64,000 nt of DNA, from sequence record NC_028999.1, one strand, 5' to 3'. Below the pieces are notes generated by a model, which saw only the letters and a list, made by a program, of their open reading frames with translations, was not told the origin of the DNA and ran no database searches. The position numbers and the translations under genes are program-made. Positions within the stretch are counted from its first letter, which is position 1; the number at the start of each line of letters is the position of its first letter. Below, in pieces: positions 39,571 through 48,721 of this stretch.

Positions 39571-41454
39571 ATGTCTATTCGTGATAGCGAAAACAACAAC
39601 GGCCAACAGCAGCAGACCGCGCAAACTGCCGCCCCCGCCCCGCAAATGCAACAGACCCAACAAGGACCCAAAGTGCAAACTCAAACTCTCCAAGGCGGTG
39701 CTGGTAACCTGAACAGCATCTTCCAGCGTTCCGGCCGTACCGACGGTGGTGACGCTCGTGCCAGCGAAGCGCTGGCTGTGTTCAACAAACTGAAAGAAGA
39801 GGCAATCGCTCAGCAAGATCTGCATGACGATTTCCTGGTCTTCCGTTTCGACCGCGATCAGAACCGCGTAGGTTACTCCGCTCTGCTGGTTGTTAAGCGT
39901 GCCGCTATCAACGGTCAACAAGTCATCGTTACCCGCCCGCTGGTAATGCCGAACGATCAGATCACTCTGCCGACCAAGAAACTGACCATCCAAAACGGGA
40001 TGCATCAGGAAACCATCGAAGCGGAAGCTGACGTACAAGACGTGTTCACCACCCAGTACTGGAACCGCATCTGCGACTCCATTCGTCAGCAAACTGGCAA
40101 GCACGACGCCATGGTCATCAACGCTGGTCCGACCGTCATCCCCGCAGATTTCGATCTGAAAGATGAACTGGTTCTGAAGCAGCTGCTGATCAAATCCGTC
40201 AACCTGTGCGATGACATGCTGGCCAAGCGTTCCGGCGAACAGCCCTTCTCCGTTGCCATGCTCAAAGGCACCGACGAGACCCTGGCTGCCCGTCTGAACT
40301 TCACTGGTAAGCCGATGCATGACAGTCTGGGCTATCCGATCCGTTCGGACATCCTGGTATCCCTGAACCGCGTCAAGAAGCCGGGCCAGCAGGAGAACGA
40401 ATTCTACGAAGCCGAAGATAAGCTGAACCAAGTCAGCTGCTTCGTCAACCTGGAATACACTCCTCAGCCGCAACAAGCCATCTACGGTGCTCCGCAGCAA
40501 ACCCAACAGCTGCCTCCGCTCACTCCGGCCATCGTCATCACCGACGTACGTCAGGCTGAGTGGCTGAAAGCAAACACCATGGAACTGTACCTGTTCGCTC
40601 TGAGCAACGCATTCCGTGTAACTGCTAACCAGTCCTGGGCACGTAGCCTGCTGCCGCAACTGGGTAAGGTCAAGGACATGCGCGATATCGGTGCAATCGG
40701 CTACCTGAGCCGTCTTGCAGCGCGCGTTGAAACCAAGACCGAAACCTTCACCGACCAGAACTTCGCCGAACTTCTGTACAACATGGTTCGTCCGTCTCCG
40801 GTGTTCATGTCCGACCTGAACCGCTTCGGCGACAACGCTGCGATCGAGAACGTCTTCATCGACGCCCTCGGTGGTGTAAACCAGCAGCGCGCTGTAGCGG
40901 CTATCATTGCCGGTGTGAACAACCTGATTGGTGGTGGCTTCGAGAAGTTCTTCGATCACAACACCATGCCGATCATCCAGCCGTACGGCACCGACATCCA
41001 GCTGGGCTACTACCTGGATGGCGAGGGTGAGAAGCAAGACCGTCGTGACCTGGACGTCCTGGGCGCTCTGAACGCCAGCGACGGCAACATCCAGGAATGG
41101 ATGAGCTGGTACGGCACTCAGTGCAACGTCGCAGTACATCCGGAACTGCGTGCTCGCCAGTCGAAGAACTTCGACCGTCAGTACCTGGGTAACTCCGTCA
41201 CCTACACCACCCGTGCACATCGTGGTATCTGGAACCCGAAATTCATCGAGGCTCTGGACAAAGCGATCGCGTCGGTTGGCCTGACCGTAGCCATGGACAA
41301 CGTGGCTCAGGTGTTCGGTGCTCAGCGCTTCAGCGGCAACCTGGCTATCGCCGACTACGCCGTTACTGGTACCGCTCAGGTATCCAGCGGCCTGGTTTCC
41401 AACGGTGGCTACAACCCGCAGTTCGGTGTAGGTCAAGGCTCGGGCTTCTATTAA
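39571..41454 (+). CDS. chmA: Chimallin, major phage nuclear shell protein
   Basis: 627 aa matching the recalled phiPA3 gp53 sequence (QGPKVQTQTLQGGAGNLNSIF...QRFSGN...); canonical position upstream of the nvRNAP beta-prime gene. Confidence 0.93.
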   Translation: MSIRDSENNNGQQQQTAQTAAPAPQMQQTQQGPKVQTQTLQGGAGNLNSIFQRSGRTDGGDARASEALAVFNKLKEEAIAQQDLHDDFLVFRFDRDQNRVGYSALLVVKRAAINGQQVIVTRPLVMPNDQITLPTKKLTIQNGMHQETIEAEADVQDVFTTQYWNRICDSIRQQTGKHDAMVINAGPTVIPADFDLKDELVLKQLLIKSVNLCDDMLAKRSGEQPFSVAMLKGTDETLAARLNFTGKPMHDSLGYPIRSDILVSLNRVKKPGQQENEFYEAEDKLNQVSCFVNLEYTPQPQQAIYGAPQQTQQLPPLTPAIVITDVRQAEWLKANTMELYLFALSNAFRVTANQSWARSLLPQLGKVKDMRDIGAIGYLSRLAARVETKTETFTDQNFAELLYNMVRPSPVFMSDLNRFGDNAAIENVFIDALGGVNQQRAVAAIIAGVNNLIGGGFEKFFDHNTMPIIQPYGTDIQLGYYLDGEGEKQDRRDLDVLGALNASDGNIQEWMSWYGTQCNVAVHPELRARQSKNFDRQYLGNSVTYTTRAHRGIWNPKFIEALDKAIASVGLTVAMDNVAQVFGAQRFSGNLAIADYAVTGTAQVSSGLVSNGGYNPQFGVGQGSGFY

Positions 41455-41945
41455 TAGAAGCCTAACCAAATAACTCCCTCGGTAGATAGGGGTGTACGAA
41501 GGCGTACATCCCGATTCTAATGCGTATACTTAGGCCAACTCGAAAGAGATCGCCTAGAGATAGGTAGGTTCCGTGGTAGCCCCAGCTTTATCGGAAACTG
41601 ATTTATTGCAGACCTTGGTCATTGCCAGAGCGCTTATCTACGTTGTGGGGTAGGTTGATAAGACGACAATGACTCGGAGTGAGGCCCACTCTCCTTAACA
41701 GTGCAATTGGATCAAGTCTGGTCAGGCAGCGCTATCACTACACGAGTTGTGAGTTAGAACCACTTAACCCAAAAGGCGTCACTCTAGGGAGACGTTGTGG
41801 TTCACATGGGGCATGGAATCACCTAGCAGGCTTGATGGTAAAACATTAAGGTAACCAGCCGTGGAGGATACCCAACCCAAAATAGGGGTAACCCCCTGGG
41901 ATAAAGGCGGCTCCTTCGGGAGCCGCTTATATCTCCTTTTTTTGT
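41455..41945 (+). ncRNA. Candidate large structured ncRNA (about 450 nt) downstream of chimallin
   Basis: No credible ORF; about ten nested stems including long-range pairings; ends at a UUCG terminator (41904-41943). Confidence 0.7.
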
Positions 41946-41969
41946 CGTCGTAGTGGAGGGAATAACGAC

Positions 41970-43436
41970 ATGGGTCTGTATGCGGCAATCGTCAATCACG
42001 ACGAGATGCTTGCCAATGCAACTGGCAAGATCGTATTCGCAAATGACTTCAATACCAGTAACGCAGAACAGAAGGAGGAATTCACGCGACATCTGTATTC
42101 GCATTATCAGGATGCAGACGCCATTGAGAACTCGGCCTCGTGTGAATGTGAACACATCACAGATGCACACAAGCTCGGCGTAATCTGTGAAGTTTGTGGT
42201 ACACCTGTTGTTAGTACATCTAATCGTCCCATTGTTCCATCGATGTGGGTACGTGCACCGGAAGGGGTGGTGAGTCTGGTTAGTCCGGAACTCTGGATCA
42301 TGCTCAGTGGGTATATGACCATGAAGGAGTTCGACTTCCTGGAATATCTCACAAACACGGGCTATAGTTACGACTACGACACCATCAGCTCCAAAGAAAC
42401 CAAAAAGAAACTTGACAAGCTGTTACAACGTGGGTTTACTCGCGGCTTGAACCATTTCATCGAGAACTTTGATGAGATTTTTCAGTTCTTGCTTGATGCA
42501 AACATTATTAACAATAACAAAGGCGAGATGTATGCCTTTGTACAACAGAACAAACATAAGCTGTTCCCGAAGAATCTTCCAATCCCCTCCAAACTGTGTT
42601 TTGTGGTAGAATCAACCACATCGGGTACGTACATCGATAAACCAATTGCTGCTGCAATTGATGCGGTGTTGACCATCAGTTCGATTGGTTCATCTCCGAT
42701 TGAACTTAAGTCGATCGTTGTCCAAAATCGGGTAGCGCGATTCCTCAAATTGAATGCTACCTTCCACGAGAACTATGACAAACAACGGATAGCTCAGAAA
42801 CAGGGCCTGATTCGTCGACACGTCTTGGGTGGCCGTCTTAACCTGACCGCTCGGGCAGTAATCACCTCGATCAGTTCTCCGCATGATTACGATGAACTGC
42901 ATATCCCGTGGGGTGTTGGCTGTCAGCTATTGAAGTATCACCTGGTCAACAAGCTGAAACGTAAGTTCCGTATGACCACCCGAGATGCGATGTCCTACAT
43001 CTATTCGAAGGTACTAGCGTACGATCCGATGCTCGATAGCCTCTTCAAGGAAATCATTGCAGAATCCAAGTACAAAGGCCTGGCTGCGGTATTCCACCGT
43101 AACCCGACTCTACAACGTGGTTCGACTCAGCAGTTCTTCATCACCAAAGTGAAGAGCGACATCAGGGATAATTCCATCAGCATGTCTGTGCTATGTCTGA
43201 AGGCACCTAACGCGGATTTTGACGGCGATCAACTGAACTTGACGCTGATGCCTGATAACTATCTGGCTGATGCAACTGACCGAATCGCTCCTTGGAGCTG
43301 GGTACTGAGTACGGATGATCCCCATGAAATTTCGGGGAACTTGGAATTACAAGGCCCGGTTGTCGAGACGATCATTAACTTTGCTCACGAGGACTATCTC
43401 CCGCCGCTCGAAGAGTGGTTGAAGATGGCTGCCTAA
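41970..43436 (+). CDS. Non-virion RNA polymerase beta-prime N-terminal subunit (phiKZ gp55-like), uninterrupted
   Basis: Zn site CEC...CEVC, RRHVLGGR, RNPTLQRGS, catalytic KAPNADFDGDQLN. Confidence 0.93.
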   Translation: MGLYAAIVNHDEMLANATGKIVFANDFNTSNAEQKEEFTRHLYSHYQDADAIENSASCECEHITDAHKLGVICEVCGTPVVSTSNRPIVPSMWVRAPEGVVSLVSPELWIMLSGYMTMKEFDFLEYLTNTGYSYDYDTISSKETKKKLDKLLQRGFTRGLNHFIENFDEIFQFLLDANIINNNKGEMYAFVQQNKHKLFPKNLPIPSKLCFVVESTTSGTYIDKPIAAAIDAVLTISSIGSSPIELKSIVVQNRVARFLKLNATFHENYDKQRIAQKQGLIRRHVLGGRLNLTARAVITSISSPHDYDELHIPWGVGCQLLKYHLVNKLKRKFRMTTRDAMSYIYSKVLAYDPMLDSLFKEIIAESKYKGLAAVFHRNPTLQRGSTQQFFITKVKSDIRDNSISMSVLCLKAPNADFDGDQLNLTLMPDNYLADATDRIAPWSWVLSTDDPHEISGNLELQGPVVETIINFAHEDYLPPLEEWLKMAA

Positions 43437-43456
43437 ATCAACAGGAGACAATCGTA

Positions 43457-44068
43457 ATGAATTCGGCCTACGGCGTGGATTTGATGGACATCGCCGCTGG
43501 TGGACACCTGGATCAGCAAACAACCAACTGGCTAGGCTCGCGCATTGAAACCATGCGCAATACATTGTCTAGCGCGGCAATGGGGTTCTTTGACCAAGCG
43601 CGCAACATGTACCAGATGATCAGCGCCAACGATGCGGTTCAGGCTCTACGGAATCTGAATGCAAAAGTGGATAACGTCTGGAATGCCAACAACGTACACT
43701 ACTGCAACAGTCTGGAGCAGATTCAAACTGCGAACCCGATCATGCAGCGGTGGATTATGGCCATGCCCACAGTTCGTTCAATGTATCTGAACAACTCGCT
43801 GGAAGGATACGCTGATTCGTATGTGAATCACCACGGTGACGCCATTGGCGCAGCTCATTATGACTATCGTCGTGTAATGGACGGCATTGTTGAGGTCGCT
43901 GATGACCACTTCAAGGTTACTCATTATTACGAAGAGACGCCTGCTGAGGAGCGCCCGTTCACTCTCCACGAACAAGTGGATATCATTCGGACTTGGAACC
44001 TGGTTCAACAGGAACTGGATAAGAATGAGATGGATCCGACCAGTCCGGTCGGAAACATGATGGGTTAA
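43457..44068 (+). CDS. Conserved nucleus-block protein (possibly phiKZ gp59/Imp3-like)
   Basis: ATG 43457 after AGGAG; position after nvRNAP beta-prime N. Orthology is positional inference. Confidence 0.55.
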   Translation: MNSAYGVDLMDIAAGGHLDQQTTNWLGSRIETMRNTLSSAAMGFFDQARNMYQMISANDAVQALRNLNAKVDNVWNANNVHYCNSLEQIQTANPIMQRWIMAMPTVRSMYLNNSLEGYADSYVNHHGDAIGAAHYDYRRVMDGIVEVADDHFKVTHYYEETPAEERPFTLHEQVDIIRTWNLVQQELDKNEMDPTSPVGNMMG

Positions 44069-44076
44069 CGCCATAA

Positions 44077-44207
44077 GAGAGAGCCCTTCGGGGCTCTCTC
44101 GCTTTATTTTATTTTGTTTGGAGTAGTCATGGACCTTTACCATTCCTGCTTAATCATGTGAGCCCTGCGGAGTCTTCGGACTCCGCTTCAATTCCCTAAT
44201 TTTTTTT
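44077..44207 (+). terminator. Two tandem UUCG hairpins
   Basis: GAGAGAGCCC-TTCG-GGGCTCTCTC (44077-44100) and GCGGAGTC-TTCG-GACTCCGC (44167-44186), each followed by T-rich tracts. Confidence 0.75.
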
Positions 44208-44217
44208 GGGTGTTCAC

Positions 44218-44619
44218 ATGCCTGCTATCCCAACTTTAGACAGCCAAGGCTGGCTTTCGGACGTAGCCTCGAAGGCAGACTACGTTTTGTCATGCTTCCT
44301 AGCCACTAACCGTTCGCAATCCACACTGCACCGTGAACAAAATACCTCGATGCAATATCTGTTGAAGAAGAATGCCAATCGCACCCAATCCCTAGAGACA
44401 GATCTTCAGAATGCCTTACTGGAGAAACTGCAAACCACATTCGATGAAACGGCACAAGCTATCGTCACTGTGGAAGTATCTGATCCAAATGTACCGGACC
44501 AATACTCCATTCGGTTTACTGGGATTGTTTACGATGGCACTAAACAGTATACAGTCGGAAAACTGGTTCAGTTCCAGAATTCTCGTATCATCAACATCGC
44601 AGCTATCAACAACGGTTAA
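44218..44619 (+). CDS. Conserved hypothetical protein
   Basis: MPAIPTLDSQGW...; 133 aa. Confidence 0.7.
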   Translation: MPAIPTLDSQGWLSDVASKADYVLSCFLATNRSQSTLHREQNTSMQYLLKKNANRTQSLETDLQNALLEKLQTTFDETAQAIVTVEVSDPNVPDQYSIRFTGIVYDGTKQYTVGKLVQFQNSRIINIAAINNG

Positions 44620-44623
44620 TACA

Positions 44624-45163
44624 ATGTCCGAACAAGTTCATAATCCGAATGACCCCATCGATCAACTGTCTATTGAAGTCAACCGTTTGCGTCAAGAGAA
44701 TGATGCACTGAGTAAGCGGTTGGTTATGACTGAGAAAGCGGTACAAGAGCTCCTTACTCATACTCGTACCTCCATTGAACTGCAGGAACTAGTGATTACA
44801 CGTGTTCTGCATAAGTTCTTTGATGGTCTGACCCATTCGCTGGAACATTCCATCACGGCTGCTCAAACCGAATACATGAACCGCAAGCGTGGTTTCGAGA
44901 TTCGGGTAGTTGATGGCATTGAAGAGAAAGAGACTCCACACTCGATCATTGTTACCAAGAATGAAGACGGCACGTACGACTTCGCTGCTTCGTCAACTCC
45001 AGACAAGATCGATAATTCCAACACCGAACGTTTCGTTGATTTTCTGAACCACGAACCACAACTGTTCGAATCGAGTAACCAGATCCTGATTAACATCTAT
45101 GCCCATACAGAGCATGTGAAGGCAGTCGAGGAGCAACTCAATGAGCAGCAAACAGCCAACTAA
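44624..45163 (+). CDS. Hypothetical protein with N-terminal coiled coil
   Basis: ATG 44624 (MSEQVHNP); LSIEVNRLRQENDALSKRL heptads. Confidence 0.7.
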   Translation: MSEQVHNPNDPIDQLSIEVNRLRQENDALSKRLVMTEKAVQELLTHTRTSIELQELVITRVLHKFFDGLTHSLEHSITAAQTEYMNRKRGFEIRVVDGIEEKETPHSIIVTKNEDGTYDFAASSTPDKIDNSNTERFVDFLNHEPQLFESSNQILINIYAHTEHVKAVEEQLNEQQTAN

Positions 45164-45779
45164 GGGTAGCCTTGAATACTACGAGGCGATACGTAACCAA
45201 CAGGCTACTATTGAAATTGAAGACGTGATGAATGTGATTATTGGGAACGATGAGCGACAACAACCCATCGTTACTGAAGACGTATTCGTCTCACGTATTC
45301 TCCCATTGTTGGTTCATCCGTGGAATATAGATAACCTTCGTATCTATCAGAGTTACGTAATCGAGCTTACTAATCCTCTGCGTGTAGCGGGACTGGTTGA
45401 CGGTAAAACGGAAGTTCTCTTTACTGTTCCCCCATTGTATCCGCGTCCAGATCTAACGCGTGCAGATGGACCAGGTACTGCCACTCTGGCTCACGTGTTT
45501 GATCACATTGCAATCCTTCGGTCCCGTACCTCAGACCAAGAGCAATTTGAACCGCAGATTGCGGCCTATCTGCATGACGTCTCTGTTCGCACTCCGATCG
45601 AGAAGTCGACTCTTGGTCCGCTTGCTCTAATTTTGGCCCGCTATGGTCGTGTGTTCGAAGATGCTGAAGGCAACCCACTGTATACGCTCGACGGTACAGT
45701 TGTTACTCAGGGTGGTCAAAGTACACACGCAACAGCGGAGCCGATGAGTTCCATTGTTGAAGGCGAATATGAAGACTGA
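45141..45779 (+). CDS. Conserved hypothetical protein
   Basis: 212 aa; VLFTVPPL motif. Confidence 0.7.
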   Translation: MSSKQPTKGSLEYYEAIRNQQATIEIEDVMNVIIGNDERQQPIVTEDVFVSRILPLLVHPWNIDNLRIYQSYVIELTNPLRVAGLVDGKTEVLFTVPPLYPRPDLTRADGPGTATLAHVFDHIAILRSRTSDQEQFEPQIAAYLHDVSVRTPIEKSTLGPLALILARYGRVFEDAEGNPLYTLDGTVVTQGGQSTHATAEPMSSIVEGEYED

Positions 45780-46914
45780 TAAGACTAAAAAGCCTGGTCA
45801 GTTCCGTTACATTAGTTTTGGCGATGTCCATCTGGGGCATCGCCAGACTCCTACGGACAAGATTATCCAGAACCTTGATCTGGTGATCACGGACGACTTG
45901 CTTAAAGAATTGGATATGGTCATCATTACCGGCGATCTGTTTGATAGACAGCTGAATAATGGTGATGAAGTAGTACACCAGATCAACCGCTGGATGACGA
46001 TGTTTATGTTCCGTTGTGCGGCGTACAACGTCATGCTCCGTGTAGTTGAAGGCACACCAAGTCATGACCGGGAACAGTCTCAGTTCTTCGTAGAGCAGAA
46101 AGTAAACGCCAATATTCCGGTAGACCTCTATTACACCAAAGAACTAAGCATCGAGTACAATCAACGACTCGATGCACATTTCCTTTATGTCCCTGATAAG
46201 TGGCGACCGACCACACAGGAGACATTAGCCGAAGTTCGCGGTTTAATGGCGGAACGCAGCCTAGAGCAGGTCGACTTTGCAATAATGCATGGCGCATTTA
46301 GTTACCAGCTTCCCAGCATTGTTCCCGAACCTACTCACGATGAAAACGTGTATCTGGAGTTAGTTAAACACCAAATCCTGATTGGACATGTGCACAACAT
46401 GACCGTACACGAACGCATCTACGCAGCTGGATCGTTCGATCGGATTTGCCATGGGGATGAAATCCCTAAAGGCATGTTTGACTTTACAGTGTACGACAAC
46501 GGTAGTTACACAGCCACGTTCGTGGAGAACAAACGAGCTAAGCAGTTTGTTACTCTGGACGTCCACGGGTTCGATACCAAGCAATTGGCATTAACCGTCC
46601 GTGAGAAAGTCTCGGAACTTCCCAAGTATTCTGCCATTCGACTGCGTTGTGATCCAAACGACGTGGCTAACGGCGATATTGAAACCTTCCGTCGAGAATA
46701 TCCCAACATTGAGTGGTCGACGAAGGTAGAAAAACCTACCGCTAAGAAGAATACTGTGTTGGAAAGCATGAAGAACTTCGACATGTCTGAATTTGTCCCC
46801 ATCACTAAGGATAACATATCCCTTTTAATCGCAGAAGAAATGCGGCGACAAGGTGTCGATGAGGTACGAATTCAACGTAGTCAAGCACGCTTCGATAAAC
46901 TCAACCAGGTATAA
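45769..46914 (+). CDS. sbcD: SbcD/Mre11-like metallophosphoesterase nuclease
   Basis: FGDVHLGH, ITGDLFD, VEGTPSHD, IMHG, IGHVH motifs. Confidence 0.9.
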   Translation: MKTDKTKKPGQFRYISFGDVHLGHRQTPTDKIIQNLDLVITDDLLKELDMVIITGDLFDRQLNNGDEVVHQINRWMTMFMFRCAAYNVMLRVVEGTPSHDREQSQFFVEQKVNANIPVDLYYTKELSIEYNQRLDAHFLYVPDKWRPTTQETLAEVRGLMAERSLEQVDFAIMHGAFSYQLPSIVPEPTHDENVYLELVKHQILIGHVHNMTVHERIYAAGSFDRICHGDEIPKGMFDFTVYDNGSYTATFVENKRAKQFVTLDVHGFDTKQLALTVREKVSELPKYSAIRLRCDPNDVANGDIETFRREYPNIEWSTKVEKPTAKKNTVLESMKNFDMSEFVPITKDNISLLIAEEMRRQGVDEVRIQRSQARFDKLNQV

Positions 46915-46917
46915 AAC

Positions 46918-47748
46918 ATGGATCTCATTGAAAGAGAGGTTGGACAGATTCCTGTCAGCATCGGGACTTCTCTTGCCTTTGAGGGAATCTTGGGGATTCA
47001 TCCTGCGGAACCCAAGCAACCTATTGACGTTAAGTCGGTTAAGGAGATTTGGGTCAACCTTCGTACGTTGGCTCGAAATCTCTGGTCTGCTGTATCTACA
47101 TCAGATGTCCACTCTGTTAACCCTCGGGACGCAGTGGAGATACTGCTAAATGAGGTGCAGACAATTCCGGTGGCTCTGCTGCAAGCGAACTCCAAAATCA
47201 AGGTACGCTATTACATCGCGTCTACTGATGAGGTGAAATGGCTGTTCCCTAAGGCAGCTTTCAAAGAAGCCAAAACGCCAAAACAAATGGCATACGAAGT
47301 TTACGAACGATACGCCGCAATCGAATTACTCCAGCGCATGAAGGAGGAAAACATTGAGGTCATGGAGATTGCTCGTAAACCACCAAGAGCAGACGGAACG
47401 GTTGCGTTGCTCACCCACTTTCCACATGAACTACTATGGAAAGAACATTTCAACCGTCTTTTATTGTTAGAATCTCACACAGGGAAAATCAAGCCATACC
47501 AAATGTGGTATACAAAGCTACATGGTATCAAGGCGGACGATCAGCAACTCCCATTTACCAAGTTTACACTACAGGTGTTTGGTGATGGCGTTTTGCTAGA
47601 ACCGCAGTCCAAGGCTATAAAAGGTCAGCTTAAACAGTTGGCTAAGACCCGGAAATGGACTCCGGTCACCACCCAAGATAAGCTCTACCATGATATCCAA
47701 ACCCATGGTAGCAAAGAACTCAAAGAAGCTTACGCGCTATTGAGATGA
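46918..47748 (+). CDS. Conserved core protein of the nucleus block
   Basis: 276 aa; PVSIGTSLAFE, WVNLRTLARN, LLESHTG; between sbcD and chmC. Confidence 0.7.
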   Translation: MDLIEREVGQIPVSIGTSLAFEGILGIHPAEPKQPIDVKSVKEIWVNLRTLARNLWSAVSTSDVHSVNPRDAVEILLNEVQTIPVALLQANSKIKVRYYIASTDEVKWLFPKAAFKEAKTPKQMAYEVYERYAAIELLQRMKEENIEVMEIARKPPRADGTVALLTHFPHELLWKEHFNRLLLLESHTGKIKPYQMWYTKLHGIKADDQQLPFTKFTLQVFGDGVLLEPQSKAIKGQLKQLAKTRKWTPVTTQDKLYHDIQTHGSKELKEAYALLR

Positions 47749-47833
47749 GTAGCTGGGGAAAAATACCTGCTTCCTCAATAGTACGTAGAACACTTTGCGC
47801 AAAGTGAATAATATTTCCAATTGGAGTTACACC

Positions 47834-48592
47834 ATGTCTCAACAACCTAATGCACCGGCTCTAAACGCTTTCTCGGTAATGTCCACCTGGCTCAGTGCCG
47901 ATCCAGTGGAGGGGGCACAGAAGCGACCGAGTCTGCGTTTCGGTGTATTCGGCAACGTACCGCGGATCTCTGTGAAGACCAACGTACCCAACGACCTCAA
48001 TAACGGTAAGATCGACTTCCGTTGCGATCTGGCTACCTTTGCTGCGGCGATGACTTACGCCGATGATCTGGTCAATGATAAACCAGGCGTACCTCAGGAA
48101 CGCAAGTTCATCTTCCAAGATGATTTCGTTGCTGGTAAGAAAATGGACAAAGTGATTCCGATCACTTCGTTGGTAATTGGTCGAGAGGCCAGTACTGGCC
48201 GCATCTACATCGCTGTGCTGTCTACCCAGCAACAGCGCCCCAAAATCAAGTTCTACTTTGGTCCGTCGAAGTTCCACAACATCCTCAATGGCGATGGTTC
48301 TCAGATCTCACCGAAGGAAATGTCGGAAGCTTACGCGGCTGGTTTCCTGAAACCAGCAACCGCAATCGTTTACCACATGATGGTTTCCGCATTTGATCCT
48401 AACGCCAAGAACGTAGCCAACCCGGCTAATTTTAACGGTGGCGGCAACGGTGGTGGAAATAACTACAACCGCGGCAATGGCGGCGGCAATTACAACCGTG
48501 GTAACAACGGCGGTGGTAATGGTGGTTATCAGAAGCCTTCTAGTGGTGGGTTCAGCGATTCTGGTTTCGACGACGAAATCCCGAACTTCTAA
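47834..48592 (+). CDS. chmC: ChmC, nucleus-associated RNA-binding protein (phiKZ gp67-like)
   Basis: ATG 47834 after GGAG; folded N-terminal domain plus N/G-rich disordered tail; directly upstream of the gp68-like gene. Confidence 0.8.
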   Translation: MSQQPNAPALNAFSVMSTWLSADPVEGAQKRPSLRFGVFGNVPRISVKTNVPNDLNNGKIDFRCDLATFAAAMTYADDLVNDKPGVPQERKFIFQDDFVAGKKMDKVIPITSLVIGREASTGRIYIAVLSTQQQRPKIKFYFGPSKFHNILNGDGSQISPKEMSEAYAAGFLKPATAIVYHMMVSAFDPNAKNVANPANFNGGGNGGGNNYNRGNGGGNYNRGNNGGGNGGYQKPSSGGFSDSGFDDEIPNF

Positions 48593-48678
48593 TCTTAACG
48601 TACAGCATCTCTTGGGACAAAAACCCGGAGATGCTGTATGCCCTCTCGGTCTCCAGCCAATAGAAAAAATCTTAGATC

Positions 48679-48686
48679 TATATTAC
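48679..48686 (+). promoter_or_regulatory. Early promoter TATATTAC
   Basis: AAAAAATCTTAGATCTATATTAC upstream of the gp68-like gene. Confidence 0.75.
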
Positions 48687-48721
48687 AGCTGTGTACCACC
48701 GGCAGTAACAAGGAGATAACA

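Noticed and set aside
39487-41469. 660-aa antisense ORF over chimallin
   Set aside because: In register with chmA codons; explained by the absence of TTA/CTA/TCA in the sense frame. No RBS or motif support.
41455-41945. tmRNA, RNase P RNA, group II intron or CRISPR array as the identity of the chmA-downstream RNA
   Set aside because: No tRNA-like ends or T-arm, no GAGGAAAGUCC, AGCCG at 41857 lacks a domain-5 partner strand, and there is no repeat-spacer periodicity.
41779-42183. Short ORFs 41779-41988(-), 41823-42170(-) and 41953-42183(+)
   Set aside because: No RBS; they overlap the terminator or the RNAP gene; no protein-like motifs.
48438-48545. GGN/AAC tandem-like repeats
   Set aside because: These encode the Gly/Asn-rich ChmC linker; not a CRISPR or satellite repeat.
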